From the NCBI GenBank assembly GCA_037445285.1, contig JBBIKV010000007.1:3752-67751 (forward strand): a stretch of 64,000 bases of DNA, in the 5' to 3' direction. The notes below the pieces were generated by a model. That model was not told the origin of the DNA, searched no databases, and was given only the letters and a program-made list of their open reading frames with translations. Of the stretch, positions 8,767-18,058 are shown piece by piece. The DNA comes from Nevskiaceae bacterium (GTDB lineage: Bacteria; Pseudomonadota; Gammaproteobacteria; Steroidobacterales; Steroidobacteraceae). The position numbers and the translations under genes were made by a program. The first letter of the stretch is position 1; every line of letters starts with the position of its first letter.

Positions 8767-9932
8767 CCGGACGCCTCCCGGCCCAGCCACCGTCGCAGCA
8801 CGGCCGCTTGGTGTTCGCCCAAGGCCGGCGCGGGACGCTGGCGACCCCGGGCAAGGCCGCCGAAGTGCACCGGCTGTTCCATCGCGGGGATGGCGCCCAG
8901 CGTCGGGTGAACCGTGCTCGACAGGATGCCGCGCTCACGCACGTGCCCGCCGTCGAAGACGTCCGACGGCTCCTCCACGGCCGACGCCGGCACGCCCGCC
9001 TCCTGCAGGATTCCGACCGCCGCCGCCACGGTCAGGGTCCGCAGCCAGGTCTCGATCAGCGGCGTCAACTTCGCCTCGTTCACGGTCCGCAGCCCATCGC
9101 TCGCGAATTCGGGGTCGCTCGCCAGTGCCGGGCGGCCCATGCAGCGCGTCAGGCTCGAAAACTGCCGTTCGTTCAGCACGCATATCACCACGTGGCCGTC
9201 CGCTGCCCGGTAGGCGCCGAAGGGCGTCGACAGGGGATGACGGTTCCCGGTCCGCGACGGAGCGGCGCCGCCGAACATCCACTGAGCGACGGCGGTGGGC
9301 ATCAGCGACACGAGCGAGTCGAACATCCCGATGTCGAGCGCACGGCCCACACCGCTGCGGTGGCGCTCGTACAGGGCGGCGAGGATCGCCCACGAACCGA
9401 ACAGTCCGGCGGCCAGATCGCCGATCGACTCGCCCACCTTCAGCGGTGGCCCCGCCGCATCGCCAGTCATCGCCATCAGGCCCGACAGCGCCTGGGCGAC
9501 CAGGTCGAAGGCCGGCAGATCCCTGCGCGAGCCCTCCTGGCCGAAACCGGAAATGCTGGCATGGATAAGGCGCGGATTGGAGCGCGCCAGATCCGCGTAG
9601 GCGAGCCCCAGCCGCGCGGCGACCCCGGGACGGAAGTTCTCGACGACGACATCGGCGATGTCGGCCAGCCGCCTGGCCGTCGCGAGATCGTCTGGCCGTT
9701 TGAGGTCGAGCACCATGCCCCATTTGTTGCGGTTCACCAGCTGAAAGAGCGCACTCTCGCCGGCCCGGGCCGGACCCACGTGGCGGTATTCATCGCCCTG
9801 CGGCGCCTCGACCTTCACGACCTCCGCGCCAAGATCGGCGAGCAGCGCGGTGCAGTACGGTCCCGACAGCACCCGCGTGAAATCGAGCACACGCACGCCC
9901 GCGAGGGGCCCTTCCCTTGAATCGGTATCCAT
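8763..9932 (-). CDS. Family III CoA-transferase (CaiB/BaiF type)
   Basis: 389 aa. GVRVLDFTRVLSGPYCTALLADLGAEVVKVE is the characteristic N-terminus. Translationally coupled to the ACAD gene. Confidence 0.9.
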   Translation of the reverse strand: MDTDSREGPLAGVRVLDFTRVLSGPYCTALLADLGAEVVKVEAPQGDEYRHVGPARAGESALFQLVNRNKWGMVLDLKRPDDLATARRLADIADVVVENFRPGVAARLGLAYADLARSNPRLIHASISGFGQEGSRRDLPAFDLVAQALSGLMAMTGDAAGPPLKVGESIGDLAAGLFGSWAILAALYERHRSGVGRALDIGMFDSLVSLMPTAVAQWMFGGAAPSRTGNRHPLSTPFGAYRAADGHVVICVLNERQFSSLTRCMGRPALASDPEFASDGLRTVNEAKLTPLIETWLRTLTVAAAVGILQEAGVPASAVEEPSDVFDGGHVRERGILSSTVHPTLGAIPAMEQPVHFGGLARGRQRPAPALGEHQAAVLRRWLGREASG

Positions 9933-10022
9933 GCCGGCATGATGACCGCGTTTTTCTACGTTGCCTAGCGCCTTGACCGCCGCGCCGTGCCGTGCCGCCC
10001 GCCTCGCCCGTCGATCCGGCGC

Positions 10023-11483
10023 CTACCGGTCCGCGTCCGCCGCGACGGCCGCCGTGAAGCATTTGAAGGTGTTGCGGCCGTCGTATTTCGCCTGGTACAT
10101 CGCGAAATCCGCGCATCTCAACAAGGCATCCGCATCCGCGGCATCGTCCGGATAGATCGCCACCCCGATGCTCGCGGAAATCCGCAATTCGTGCTCCCCC
10201 AGCAGGAACGGGGCATCGAGCGCCACCAGGATCTTGTTCGCGCAAGCCACCGCATCCGTCGCGCGCGCCACCCCGGCGAGCACCACGACGAATTCGTCGC
10301 CGCCCTGGCGGCTCACGGTGTCCGAGTTGCGCACGCAGCTCAGCAGGCGGCGCGCGACGCCCTGCAACAGCTTGTCGCCGACGGCGTGCCCCAGGGAGTC
10401 GTTGATGTCCTTGAAGCGGTCCAGATCGACGAACAGCAGCGCCGCGAGCGTGCCGTTGATGCGCGAGTTGTCGATCGCCTGCGCGAGCCGTTCGGAGAAG
10501 AGCGAGCGGTTCGGCAGGTCGGTCAGTACGTCGTGCTGGGCCAGCCGCGCGAGCCTGGTCGACAGTTCGCGCGCGACGGTGACGTCGTGGGCGACCATGA
10601 CGGCGCCGATGACGCCGCCGTTCCGGTCGTGGATCGGCGAGGCCGACACTTCAACGGCCAGATGCGACCCCTCTCGCCGGACGAGAACGCAGGGACTCGT
10701 CAAGGAAACCGTCCGGTCCTCGATGATGGCCTGCGTCGTCGGACAGGGAATGATCCGCCGATCCGTGGCGTCCACGAGGGGGAACACCTCGTCCAGCGGG
10801 GCGCCGGACGCTTCGGCCTGGGCCCATCCGGTCAATCTTTCCGCGACCACGTTGAGGTAGCTCACCCGGCCCCTGAAACTGGTGCTGATCACGGCGTCGC
10901 CGATGGAATTCAGCGTGACCTGAGCGCGCTCCTTCTCCTCGAACAGGGCGTCCGCGTTCACCAGCAGCGACTCGTTGGTGTTCTGCAGGGCCAGTTCGAC
11001 CGCACGGCGGCGCGACACGTCGCGGCAGACCAGGATCGTGCCCGCGGTGCGCCCCGCCTCGTCCTGCATCGGGACGACCCGGCAATCGATAGCGAGCTGC
11101 GCGCCGCGCCGGTCGACCAATGAGAGATGGGCGGCGCGGCCGGGCCGCTCCTCCGCACGTTCGATCTGCTCGAGTGGACGCTCGAGGCGACGGCCGGTCG
11201 CCGGATCCACCAACAGGAATACCTGCGCCAGGGTCTTGCCGACCGCCTCGCCCGCGGGCCAGCCGGTCATCAATTCCGCGGCCGGATTCAGATACACCAC
11301 GCGTGCGGACCGGTCGACCGTGATGACCGCCTCCGCGATGGCCGCCAGTGCCGCCCCATACAGGCGGTGGAGGGAATCGAAACCGGCATCGGTGTCGCAG
11401 AGTGGATCGTTCGTCATAGTCGGGCGTTGCATCGCCGCCGTCGACCGGCAATGTACTCTGTGAGACGGCGCCCGTCGTGTCAA
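10023..11483 (-). CDS. PAS-PAS-GGDEF diguanylate cyclase
   Basis: About 480 aa; the exact start is uncertain (several Met near the N-terminus). Two PAS-like segments precede a GGDEF domain. The active site RQGGDEF is intact and an RxxD I-site (RNSD) lies 5 residues upstream. Confidence 0.85.
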   Translation of the reverse strand: MTRRAPSHRVHCRSTAAMQRPTMTNDPLCDTDAGFDSLHRLYGAALAAIAEAVITVDRSARVVYLNPAAELMTGWPAGEAVGKTLAQVFLLVDPATGRRLERPLEQIERAEERPGRAAHLSLVDRRGAQLAIDCRVVPMQDEAGRTAGTILVCRDVSRRRAVELALQNTNESLLVNADALFEEKERAQVTLNSIGDAVISTSFRGRVSYLNVVAERLTGWAQAEASGAPLDEVFPLVDATDRRIIPCPTTQAIIEDRTVSLTSPCVLVRREGSHLAVEVSASPIHDRNGGVIGAVMVAHDVTVARELSTRLARLAQHDVLTDLPNRSLFSERLAQAIDNSRINGTLAALLFVDLDRFKDINDSLGHAVGDKLLQGVARRLLSCVRNSDTVSRQGGDEFVVVLAGVARATDAVACANKILVALDAPFLLGEHELRISASIGVAIYPDDAADADALLRCADFAMYQAKYDGRNTFKCFTAAVAADADR

Positions 11484-11558
11484 TGCCGCAGGCGGCGCAA
11501 AGGCATAGGAGGATAACGCACGATGACCGCGCCATCGTCCTACACCGCGGGCACGCGC

Positions 11559-12116
11559 CTACGTCGAATGCGCGGTCTGAGGGGCGGCGGAAAGGGACGG
11601 GGATGTCCCGAAGAGGTGGGTCGCCATCAATCCCACGGCCTCGACCACCTGCCGCTCGTCGTTGCTGCGCACCGCCCGGGCGGCGGCCGCACGAATGCGC
11701 GGCAGAGCCGGATGGGTCGGCTGACCGCCCAGGCTCCTGCTGTAGTCGCGAACCGCCGCGGCCGACAGGTCCGCGGCGGCACCGAGACCCATGGCCGGGG
11801 AAAGCACCCTCGCGGAGGCGACGAGTGCGGCGATGCGCCAGGCGCAGGGTTCGCGGATCAAGGCCGCCAACCCGTCGCTGACGGCGCAGACCAGCGGGCC
11901 GACCGCCGCCACCCGGCCGGGCCGTCCATCGATCGCCCTCTGCAGAAGATACACCGTCGCCGTCGCCAGATCGTCGGTGACGCGCGCATCGCCGGCGGGC
12001 GCGCACGTCTGGCCGCGGGACCGCAGGAACGCCTCCAACGGCGCGTGCCGCAAGCGCGCCTCGAGTGCACCGTGCCATCTTGCCGCGACCTTTGCGTTGG
12101 GTATCAGAACAGCCAC
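11559..12116 (-). CDS. Hypothetical protein (Ala/Arg-rich, no recognisable domain)
   Basis: 185 aa with a GTG start. I read the codons by hand and third positions are overwhelmingly G/C, as in neighbouring real genes. The overlapping alternative ORFs are Arg/Gly/Pro-rich junk. Confidence 0.45.
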   Translation of the reverse strand: MAVLIPNAKVAARWHGALEARLRHAPLEAFLRSRGQTCAPAGDARVTDDLATATVYLLQRAIDGRPGRVAAVGPLVCAVSDGLAALIREPCAWRIAALVASARVLSPAMGLGAAADLSAAAVRDYSRSLGGQPTHPALPRIRAAAARAVRSNDERQVVEAVGLMATHLFGTSPSLSAAPQTAHST

Positions 12117-12187
12117 ACCGTCACCGTTTGTCCTCGTTCACCGCGAACTATCGGTAACCCCACCCGTAACTTGAGGGACGGACATCC

Positions 12188-12193
12188 TATAAT
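12188..12193 (+). promoter_or_regulatory. Possible -10 box (TATAAT) upstream of the response-regulator gene
   Basis: Perfect TATAAT 42 nt upstream of the ATG at 12235. No convincing -35 at 16-18 bp spacing. Confidence 0.2.
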
Positions 12194-12234
12194 TCGCGCG
12201 CCGCACCCCTGTCGCCGCTAAGGTCAGCCCAACC

Positions 12235-12894
12235 ATGCGAGTCCTGCTTGTGGAAGATGATGCGATGATCGGTCAAGGTCTGGAGACCGCCCTGCGCCAG
12301 TTGGGGTCGGCGGTCGATTGGATCCGGGACGGAAGGGGCGCCGCCACCGCATTGCGCACGACCGTTTTCGATCTGGTGCTGCTCGACCTGGGGTTGCCGT
12401 CGCGGGACGGCATCAGCGTGCTGCGTGAACTGCGGGAGCGCGGTGACACCACGCCGGTCATCATTCTCACCGCCAGGGACGACGTCTCCGACCGGGTCGC
12501 GGGACTCGACGCCGGCGCCGACGACTATGTCGCCAAACCGTTCGATCTCGACGAACTCAATGCAAGGATGCGCTCCGTGCTGCGCCGCGCGGCGGGCCGC
12601 GGCGATCCTCTGGTTCACCACGGCAATTTGCGTCTCGACCCGGTGACCCATTCCGTCGAACACAAGGGGATGCCGGTGAGCCTGTCGGCCCATGAGTATT
12701 CGGTCCTGGAGGCGCTTCTGCAGCGTCCGGGAGCCGTTTTGTCCCGCGCCCAGTTGGAGGAGCGTCTGTACGGTTGGGATCAGCCGATCGGCAGCAACGC
12801 CATCGAGGTCTACATTCACTCGCTCCGCCGCAAACTGGGGGGCGACGCCATCCGCACCCTGCGCGGCGTCGGCTACTTCGTGCCCAAGACATGA
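12235..12894 (+). CDS. OmpR/PhoB-family response regulator (QseB/PmrA-like)
   Basis: 219 aa. Receiver domain (MRVLLVEDD...DLVLLDLGLP) plus a winged-helix output domain (IEVYIHSLRRKLG...IRTLRGVGY). Confidence 0.9.
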   Translation: MRVLLVEDDAMIGQGLETALRQLGSAVDWIRDGRGAATALRTTVFDLVLLDLGLPSRDGISVLRELRERGDTTPVIILTARDDVSDRVAGLDAGADDYVAKPFDLDELNARMRSVLRRAAGRGDPLVHHGNLRLDPVTHSVEHKGMPVSLSAHEYSVLEALLQRPGAVLSRAQLEERLYGWDQPIGSNAIEVYIHSLRRKLGGDAIRTLRGVGYFVPKT

Positions 12895-14228
12895 AATCCA
12901 TCCGCGCCCGGCTCCTGATCGCCCTCGCCGTGCTGGTGGCGCTCGTCTCGCTGGTGGCGGCGATCGCCACGTATCGACGCGTGTTGAACGAGACGTCCGA
13001 TCTGTTCGATTACCAGCTGCGCCAGATGGCGCTGTCCCTGCGCTCCCAGATCTCGATGTCGCCCCGCGTCGAAGTACCGCCGGACCAGGGGGATTCGGAT
13101 TTCGTCGTGCAGATCTGGGACCCCTTCGGCACCCGGATCTACCTGTCGCGGCCCGGCCTGCCGCTGATCAATCAGGTCGTGCTGGGCTACACCAATCTTT
13201 CCCTGCGCGGCGAGGCTTGGCGCGCGTACGGCCTGCAGACCGCCGACGGCGTCATACAGATCGCCCAGCCGCTGCGCGTGCGAGAGGCGCTGGCGCGGGC
13301 GGCGGCATTGCATGTCGCCGCGCCGCTGATTCTGCTCCTCCCGATCATGATGGCGTTCCTCGCATGGATCGTCGGACGCGGCCTGTCGCCGCTGCGGGAG
13401 CTGACCGCCGAGATCCAGCGCCGCGATGCGCGCAGCCTCACGCCGCTCACCCATGCGAATCTGCCCACCGAGATCATGCCGCTGGTCGGTGAGCTCAACC
13501 GGCTGCTGGCGCGGCTGGAAACCTCCTTCTCCGCGCAGCGCTCCTTCATCGCCGATGCGGCGCATGAATTGCGCTCGCCGCTGACGGCATTGCGGCTGCA
13601 GCTGCAGCTGCTGGATCGCGCTCCCGATCCGGCGGCGCGCCACGAGGCGCGGGAGCGGCTCGGAGCCGCCGTCGAGCGCGCCATCCATCTCGTCGAGCAG
13701 CTCCTCACGCTGGCCCGCAGCGACTACGGAAACGGCGCAGTCCGGCCTGCCGGGGTGCCGCGCACCGGGGCGGCCGGGCACGAGGTGCAGGACCTCGCCG
13801 CCGTTGCCGCCGAGGCGATCGCCGACACCCGCGTGCTGGCGACGGCGCGCAACGTCGACCTCGGTCTCGATGCCGATCCGCATTGCGAGGTGCTGGGCGA
13901 TCACGACGCGCTGCGCGTCCTGGCCCGAAATCTGGTCGACAATGCCGTCCGCTATACCCCCTCGGGCGGCTCCGTCCGGGTGGGCTGCCGGTCGGCCGGG
14001 GAAACCGTGCGGCTGGAGGTCTGCGATACGGGTCCCGGCATCGCTCCGGCCGAGCGGGAGCGGGTCTTCGACCGGTTCTATCGGCAGGCGGCGGTGCAGG
14101 AGAGCGGCACGGGCCTGGGGTTGGCCATCGTCCGATCGATCGCGGCGCGTCACGATGCCCAGGTGGCGCTCGACGAGGCGCCGGGCGGCGGGCTGCGTGC
14201 CACGGTCAGCTTTGCGCGGCGGCCTTAA
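12891..14228 (+). CDS. Sensor histidine kinase (two TM segments, HisKA + HATPase_c)
   Basis: 445 aa from the ATG at 12891 (ATGA overlap with the regulator's stop). H-box ADAAHELRSPLTAL. G-boxes DTGPGI and GTGLGLAIV. Confidence 0.9.
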   Translation: MKSIRARLLIALAVLVALVSLVAAIATYRRVLNETSDLFDYQLRQMALSLRSQISMSPRVEVPPDQGDSDFVVQIWDPFGTRIYLSRPGLPLINQVVLGYTNLSLRGEAWRAYGLQTADGVIQIAQPLRVREALARAAALHVAAPLILLLPIMMAFLAWIVGRGLSPLRELTAEIQRRDARSLTPLTHANLPTEIMPLVGELNRLLARLETSFSAQRSFIADAAHELRSPLTALRLQLQLLDRAPDPAARHEARERLGAAVERAIHLVEQLLTLARSDYGNGAVRPAGVPRTGAAGHEVQDLAAVAAEAIADTRVLATARNVDLGLDADPHCEVLGDHDALRVLARNLVDNAVRYTPSGGSVRVGCRSAGETVRLEVCDTGPGIAPAERERVFDRFYRQAAVQESGTGLGLAIVRSIAARHDAQVALDEAPGGGLRATVSFARRP

Positions 14229-14303
14229 GTCTGGTTTAAGGAAACTTTGAGACTCTGCGGCCTGGAGCAATTGTCACCCCTTTCCAACCGCACGGAGACA
14301 CTC

Positions 14304-15770
14304 ATGCAACTTCGGAAAAAGACCCTGGGCCTCTCGGCCATCGGACTGATCGCCGTCGGCGCCGCCACGGGCCTGTCGGCCCAATCTCTCCTGCACGCCG
14401 CGGAACTGGGGGCCGGCGGACCGGCGGCCGGCGCGCCGGTTGCGGGGCATCCCATACCGCTGATGACGGCGCCTAACTATCGGGCCATCGTCGCCCAGAA
14501 CCAAGCCGCGGTGGTCGGCATCACCACGGTGGCGACGCTGCAAGCCTCGAACCCCGAACCGCCGCAATGGGGGGATCCGAATGCCGGCGACGACAACCCC
14601 TTGTCGCAGTTCTTCCGCGGCATCCCCCTGCCCCGAAATCGCGGGGTCATGCACGGCCAGGGCTCCGGCTTTCTGATATCCGCCGACGGCCTGGTGCTCA
14701 CCAACGCGCACGTCGTCGACGGCGCGAAGGAGGTCACCGTCAAACTCTCGGACCACCGTGAATTCAAGGCCAAGGTGCTGGGTGCGGACCGCAGCAGCGA
14801 CATTGCCGTGCTGAAGATCGCCGCGCACGACCTGCCGACCGTACGGATCGGCAATTCCGATCAGATCGGCGTGGGCGACTACGTGCTCGCCATCGGCGAG
14901 CCCTTCGGCCTGGAGGAAACGGCCACCGCCGGCATCGTCAGCGCCAAGGGCCGCTCGCTCCCCGGGGACGGCTATGTGCCGTTCATTCAAACGGACGCCG
15001 CGGTCAATCCGGGGAATTCCGGCGGGCCCTTGTTCGACGCCGGCGGCGCGGTGGTCGGTATCAACGCCCAGATCTACAGCAATTCGGGGGGATACCAGGG
15101 GGTGTCGTTCGCCATCCCGATCAACCTCGCGGTCCAGGTCAAGGATCAGATCGTCAAGACCGGCAAGGTGGCCCACGCCCGGCTCGGCGTCGAAGTGCAG
15201 ACCCTCGACCAGTCCTTGGCGGACTCGTTCAAGATGGTCGCGCCGAACGGCGCCTTGATCGCGAAGGTCGAGCCCGACAGCGCCGCGGAACGCGCCGGCC
15301 TCAAGGCCGGCGACGTGATTCTCGATTTCAACGGTCAGTCCATCGTCGACGCCGGACAATTGTCGGCGCGGGTCGGTACCGCGACGCCGGGGGACAAGGC
15401 ATCGCTGCGCATATGGCGGGACGGCAAGACCCTGTCGTTGACGGCGACGATCGGGTCGGCGGCCGCGCCGGTGGTGGCCGACGCCGCCGCCGGCGGCTCG
15501 GCGCAGGGCCGATTGGGTCTCGCGGTCCGGCCGTTGAAGCCGGAGGAGCGACGCCAGAGCGGCGTGTCGGGCGGGTTGCTGGTCGAGGACGTTCGCGGCC
15601 ACGCGGCCGACGCCGGCATTCAGCCGGGCGACGTCGTGTTGTCGGTGGACGGCACCCCGGTGCAATCCGTCGAGCAGCTGCGTGAGATGGTGCGGGCGCG
15701 CGACAAGCAGGTGGCGCTGCTGATCCAGCGCGGCGAGAGCCGCCTGTTCGTCCCCGTGACCCTGGGTTGA
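14304..15770 (+). CDS. degP: Periplasmic serine endoprotease, DegP/HtrA/MucD (Do) family
   Basis: 488 aa from the ATG at 14304. Signal peptide, catalytic GNSGGPLF motif and two PDZ-like C-terminal segments. Confidence 0.9.
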   Translation: MQLRKKTLGLSAIGLIAVGAATGLSAQSLLHAAELGAGGPAAGAPVAGHPIPLMTAPNYRAIVAQNQAAVVGITTVATLQASNPEPPQWGDPNAGDDNPLSQFFRGIPLPRNRGVMHGQGSGFLISADGLVLTNAHVVDGAKEVTVKLSDHREFKAKVLGADRSSDIAVLKIAAHDLPTVRIGNSDQIGVGDYVLAIGEPFGLEETATAGIVSAKGRSLPGDGYVPFIQTDAAVNPGNSGGPLFDAGGAVVGINAQIYSNSGGYQGVSFAIPINLAVQVKDQIVKTGKVAHARLGVEVQTLDQSLADSFKMVAPNGALIAKVEPDSAAERAGLKAGDVILDFNGQSIVDAGQLSARVGTATPGDKASLRIWRDGKTLSLTATIGSAAAPVVADAAAGGSAQGRLGLAVRPLKPEERRQSGVSGGLLVEDVRGHAADAGIQPGDVVLSVDGTPVQSVEQLREMVRARDKQVALLIQRGESRLFVPVTLG

Positions 15771-15783
15771 GGCGGCGGGCGGC

Positions 15784-16476
15784 TCAGGCGGCTTCCATTC
15801 CATGCCGCTGCTTGACGTCGGCGACCCGCGGCGATGCCATGAAATCCAGCAGGCCGCGGGCTGAGCGTGGATCCGCACAGCCCGCGGCGATGGCGCCGGA
15901 GAAGACGGTGATGCTCTGCAGGGCCGCGGGCAGCGCTCCCACGACGTCGACGCCCGCACAATTCAACAGTTCGCTGAGCTGTTGGAAGCCGATCTCGGCC
16001 GTGCCGCGGGCCACGAGCGAACCGACGGGAACGCCGGGGGGCGGTACCACGATGCGCGCGCGGATGGCGTCGAGGATGCCCCACCGTTCGAACATCTGCT
16101 CGAGGTACACGCCGCTCGGTCCCGTCGAATAGCTCAGGGAACGCGCGTCCAGCACGGCCTGCTTCAGACCCGCCTCGGAACCGATGTCCGGGCGGCCGCC
16201 GCCGGCCTTCACCGCGACGGCGATGCCGGACCTCGCGAGGTCGACGCGGCTGTCGGGCAGCAGCTTCCGGTCGTTCGACAGCTTGTCGATCGCATTGCTC
16301 GCCAGGATGACGACATCGATCGCCTCGCCCGCCGCGACGCGTTTGGCGACGTCGACTCCGCCGGCAGCTTCAGCCGTGACGGCCTGCGCCGTGAGCGCCT
16401 GGTATTGCGCCGTGAGTTCTGCCACGACGTCGCGCGTGGCCATGGAGGAGATCACTTTGAGGGGCGTGTCGCGCAT
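15784..16476 (-). CDS. ModA-like periplasmic-binding-fold protein lacking a signal peptide
   Basis: 230 aa. The sequence resembles molybdate/anion-binding SBP family proteins. The N-terminus MRDTPLKVISSMATRD has no hydrophobic leader. Confidence 0.6.
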   Translation of the reverse strand: MRDTPLKVISSMATRDVVAELTAQYQALTAQAVTAEAAGGVDVAKRVAAGEAIDVVILASNAIDKLSNDRKLLPDSRVDLARSGIAVAVKAGGGRPDIGSEAGLKQAVLDARSLSYSTGPSGVYLEQMFERWGILDAIRARIVVPPPGVPVGSLVARGTAEIGFQQLSELLNCAGVDVVGALPAALQSITVFSGAIAAGCADPRSARGLLDFMASPRVADVKQRHGMEAA

Positions 16477-16521
16477 GGCCCCACATGGTACATCGCCCGC
16501 GCCGCCTGCGCTCGGGCCCGC

Positions 16522-18033
16522 TCAGACGGCGGAACACAGTGATGCATGGGCGGCCCGCAGTACGCCCTTCTGAACCTTGCCCATCGCGTTGCGCGGCAGC
16601 TCTTCGAGGATGACGATGCGCTTTGGAATCTTGTAGGCCGCCAGGCGTCCCTTCAGGGCGGCGATCAAGGCCGCTTCGGAAATCCGGGCGTCCGGCTTGC
16701 CGACCACCGCGGCCGCGACTCCCTCGCCGAAATCGGCGTGCGGAACGCCGAACACAGCGCTTTCCAACACGCCGGTCAGGACATCCAGCTCGGCCTCCAC
16801 CTCCTTCGGATAGACGTTGTAGCCCCCGCTGATGATGAGATCCTTGGCGCGGCCGACGATGAAGAGGTATCCGTCCGGGTCGATGTACCCGAGATCGCCG
16901 GTCTTGAACCAGCCGTCCTGCGTGAACTCGGCCCGCGTCTTCTGCGGATCGCCCCAGTAGCCGGCAAAGACGTTCGGCCCCTTCACCTCGATCATGCCGA
17001 TCGTCGAGGGCTGATCGTCCGCGGCCGAGACGCGCACGCCGATGCCGGGCAGCGGCGGACCCACAGAGCCGGCGACCCGCGGCCCCGCATGGGGATTCGA
17101 GGTGATCATCAAGGTCTCTGTCATGCCGTAGCGCTCGAGGATGACCTGACCCGTACGCCGCTCGAACTCGCGATGCGTCTCGGCCAGGAGCGGAGCCGAT
17201 CCCGAGACGAACAACCGGACGCCCGACGTCGCGGACCGGTCGAGCCCGGGCTCCAGGAGGAGCCGCGTATAATGCGTCGGCACACCCATGTACACGGTCG
17301 CCTCGGGCAGGCGCACCAGGACCTCCGGTGCGCTGAACTTGGCCATCAGGATGAGCGCGGAACCCGATGCCAGGACGGTGTTGATCGCCGCGAACAATCC
17401 GTGCACGTGGAACAAGGGCAGCGTGTGCAGCAGCACGTCGTCGCGCGTGAACCGCCACGCCTTGGCGAGCACCGCCGCATTGGATGCGAGATTGCCGCGG
17501 GTCAGCACGGCCCCCTTCGACCGTCCGGTCGTGCCGGAGGTGTAGACGATCGCCGCCGGCGCATCCCGGCCCCCTGCGAACGGGGACGCGGCCCGCGCAC
17601 CGCCGCCGGCGACGAGCTGCGGCAGCGATCCCTCGCCGGCCGCACCGAGAGTCAGGACATGGGGAACCCCGCAGCGCAGGGCGAGCGGTGCGAGCGTGTC
17701 CCGATCCGGCGGGCGCACGACGAACAGGCGCGGCCGCGCATCGAGGAGGAAGTGCTCGACCTCATGCGACGTGTTGGCGACGTTGATCGGCACGAACACC
17801 GCACCCATGCGCAGGCAGGCAAGATAGAGCAGCACGGCGTCCGCCGACTTCTCCACCTGAACCGCGACACGGTCGCCGGCGACCACGCCGCTCGATTCCA
17901 GGGCCGAGGCGAAGCGTCCGGTTTCCCGCAGCACGTCCCCGTACGTGAGCGCGAGTCCCGCGGCGCCGCGCAGGAAAATCCGCTGCGGCTGGAGGCTCGC
18001 AGTCCTGTCGATCCAGTCGATGGGGTCGTGCAT
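16522..18033 (-). CDS. AMP-forming acyl-CoA ligase, malonyl-CoA synthetase (MatB)-like
   Basis: 503 aa. AMP-binding motif YTSGTTGRSKGA. The overall sequence resembles MatB-type ligases (LTYGDVLRETGRFASAL; SGGYNVYPKEVE). Confidence 0.8.
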   Translation of the reverse strand: MHDPIDWIDRTASLQPQRIFLRGAAGLALTYGDVLRETGRFASALESSGVVAGDRVAVQVEKSADAVLLYLACLRMGAVFVPINVANTSHEVEHFLLDARPRLFVVRPPDRDTLAPLALRCGVPHVLTLGAAGEGSLPQLVAGGGARAASPFAGGRDAPAAIVYTSGTTGRSKGAVLTRGNLASNAAVLAKAWRFTRDDVLLHTLPLFHVHGLFAAINTVLASGSALILMAKFSAPEVLVRLPEATVYMGVPTHYTRLLLEPGLDRSATSGVRLFVSGSAPLLAETHREFERRTGQVILERYGMTETLMITSNPHAGPRVAGSVGPPLPGIGVRVSAADDQPSTIGMIEVKGPNVFAGYWGDPQKTRAEFTQDGWFKTGDLGYIDPDGYLFIVGRAKDLIISGGYNVYPKEVEAELDVLTGVLESAVFGVPHADFGEGVAAAVVGKPDARISEAALIAALKGRLAAYKIPKRIVILEELPRNAMGKVQKGVLRAAHASLCSAV

Positions 18034-18058
18034 GCGGCCGATGATGCCACAGGAGAGC

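Noticed and set aside
7802-9568. 588-aa plus-strand ORF
   Set aside because: It is antisense to the well-supported acyl-CoA dehydrogenase and CoA-transferase genes. Its composition is dominated by Arg/Pro/Ser/Ala, the typical shadow ORF of a high-GC genome.
10651-12221. 475-aa (-) and 232-aa (+) ORFs covering the gap between the GGDEF gene and the response regulator
   Set aside because: They have extreme Arg/Gly/Pro content and no domain-like sequence. The 185-aa ORF at 11559..12116 has much better codon-position bias, so it was kept instead, at low confidence.
14241-14275. SigmaE/AlgU-type promoter upstream of degP (GGAAACTT resembles the GAACTT -35)
   Set aside because: The -35-like element has an extra A, and I found no TCTGA/TCAAA-like -10 at 16-17 bp spacing. 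This is too weak to call.
14274-15959. 561-aa minus-strand ORF. Similar long antisense ORFs occur at 54672..56255, 29373..30899, 30990..32810, 33711..35357, 45850..47265, 47328..48914 and 57253..58527.
   Set aside because: All lie opposite strongly supported genes (DegP, GT-C-like protein, lipase, OmpW/HDOD, ABC genes, GlgX, Xfp, TBDR) and have Arg/Gly/Asp/His-biased junk composition. This is expected from the lack of stop codons in GC-rich antisense frames.
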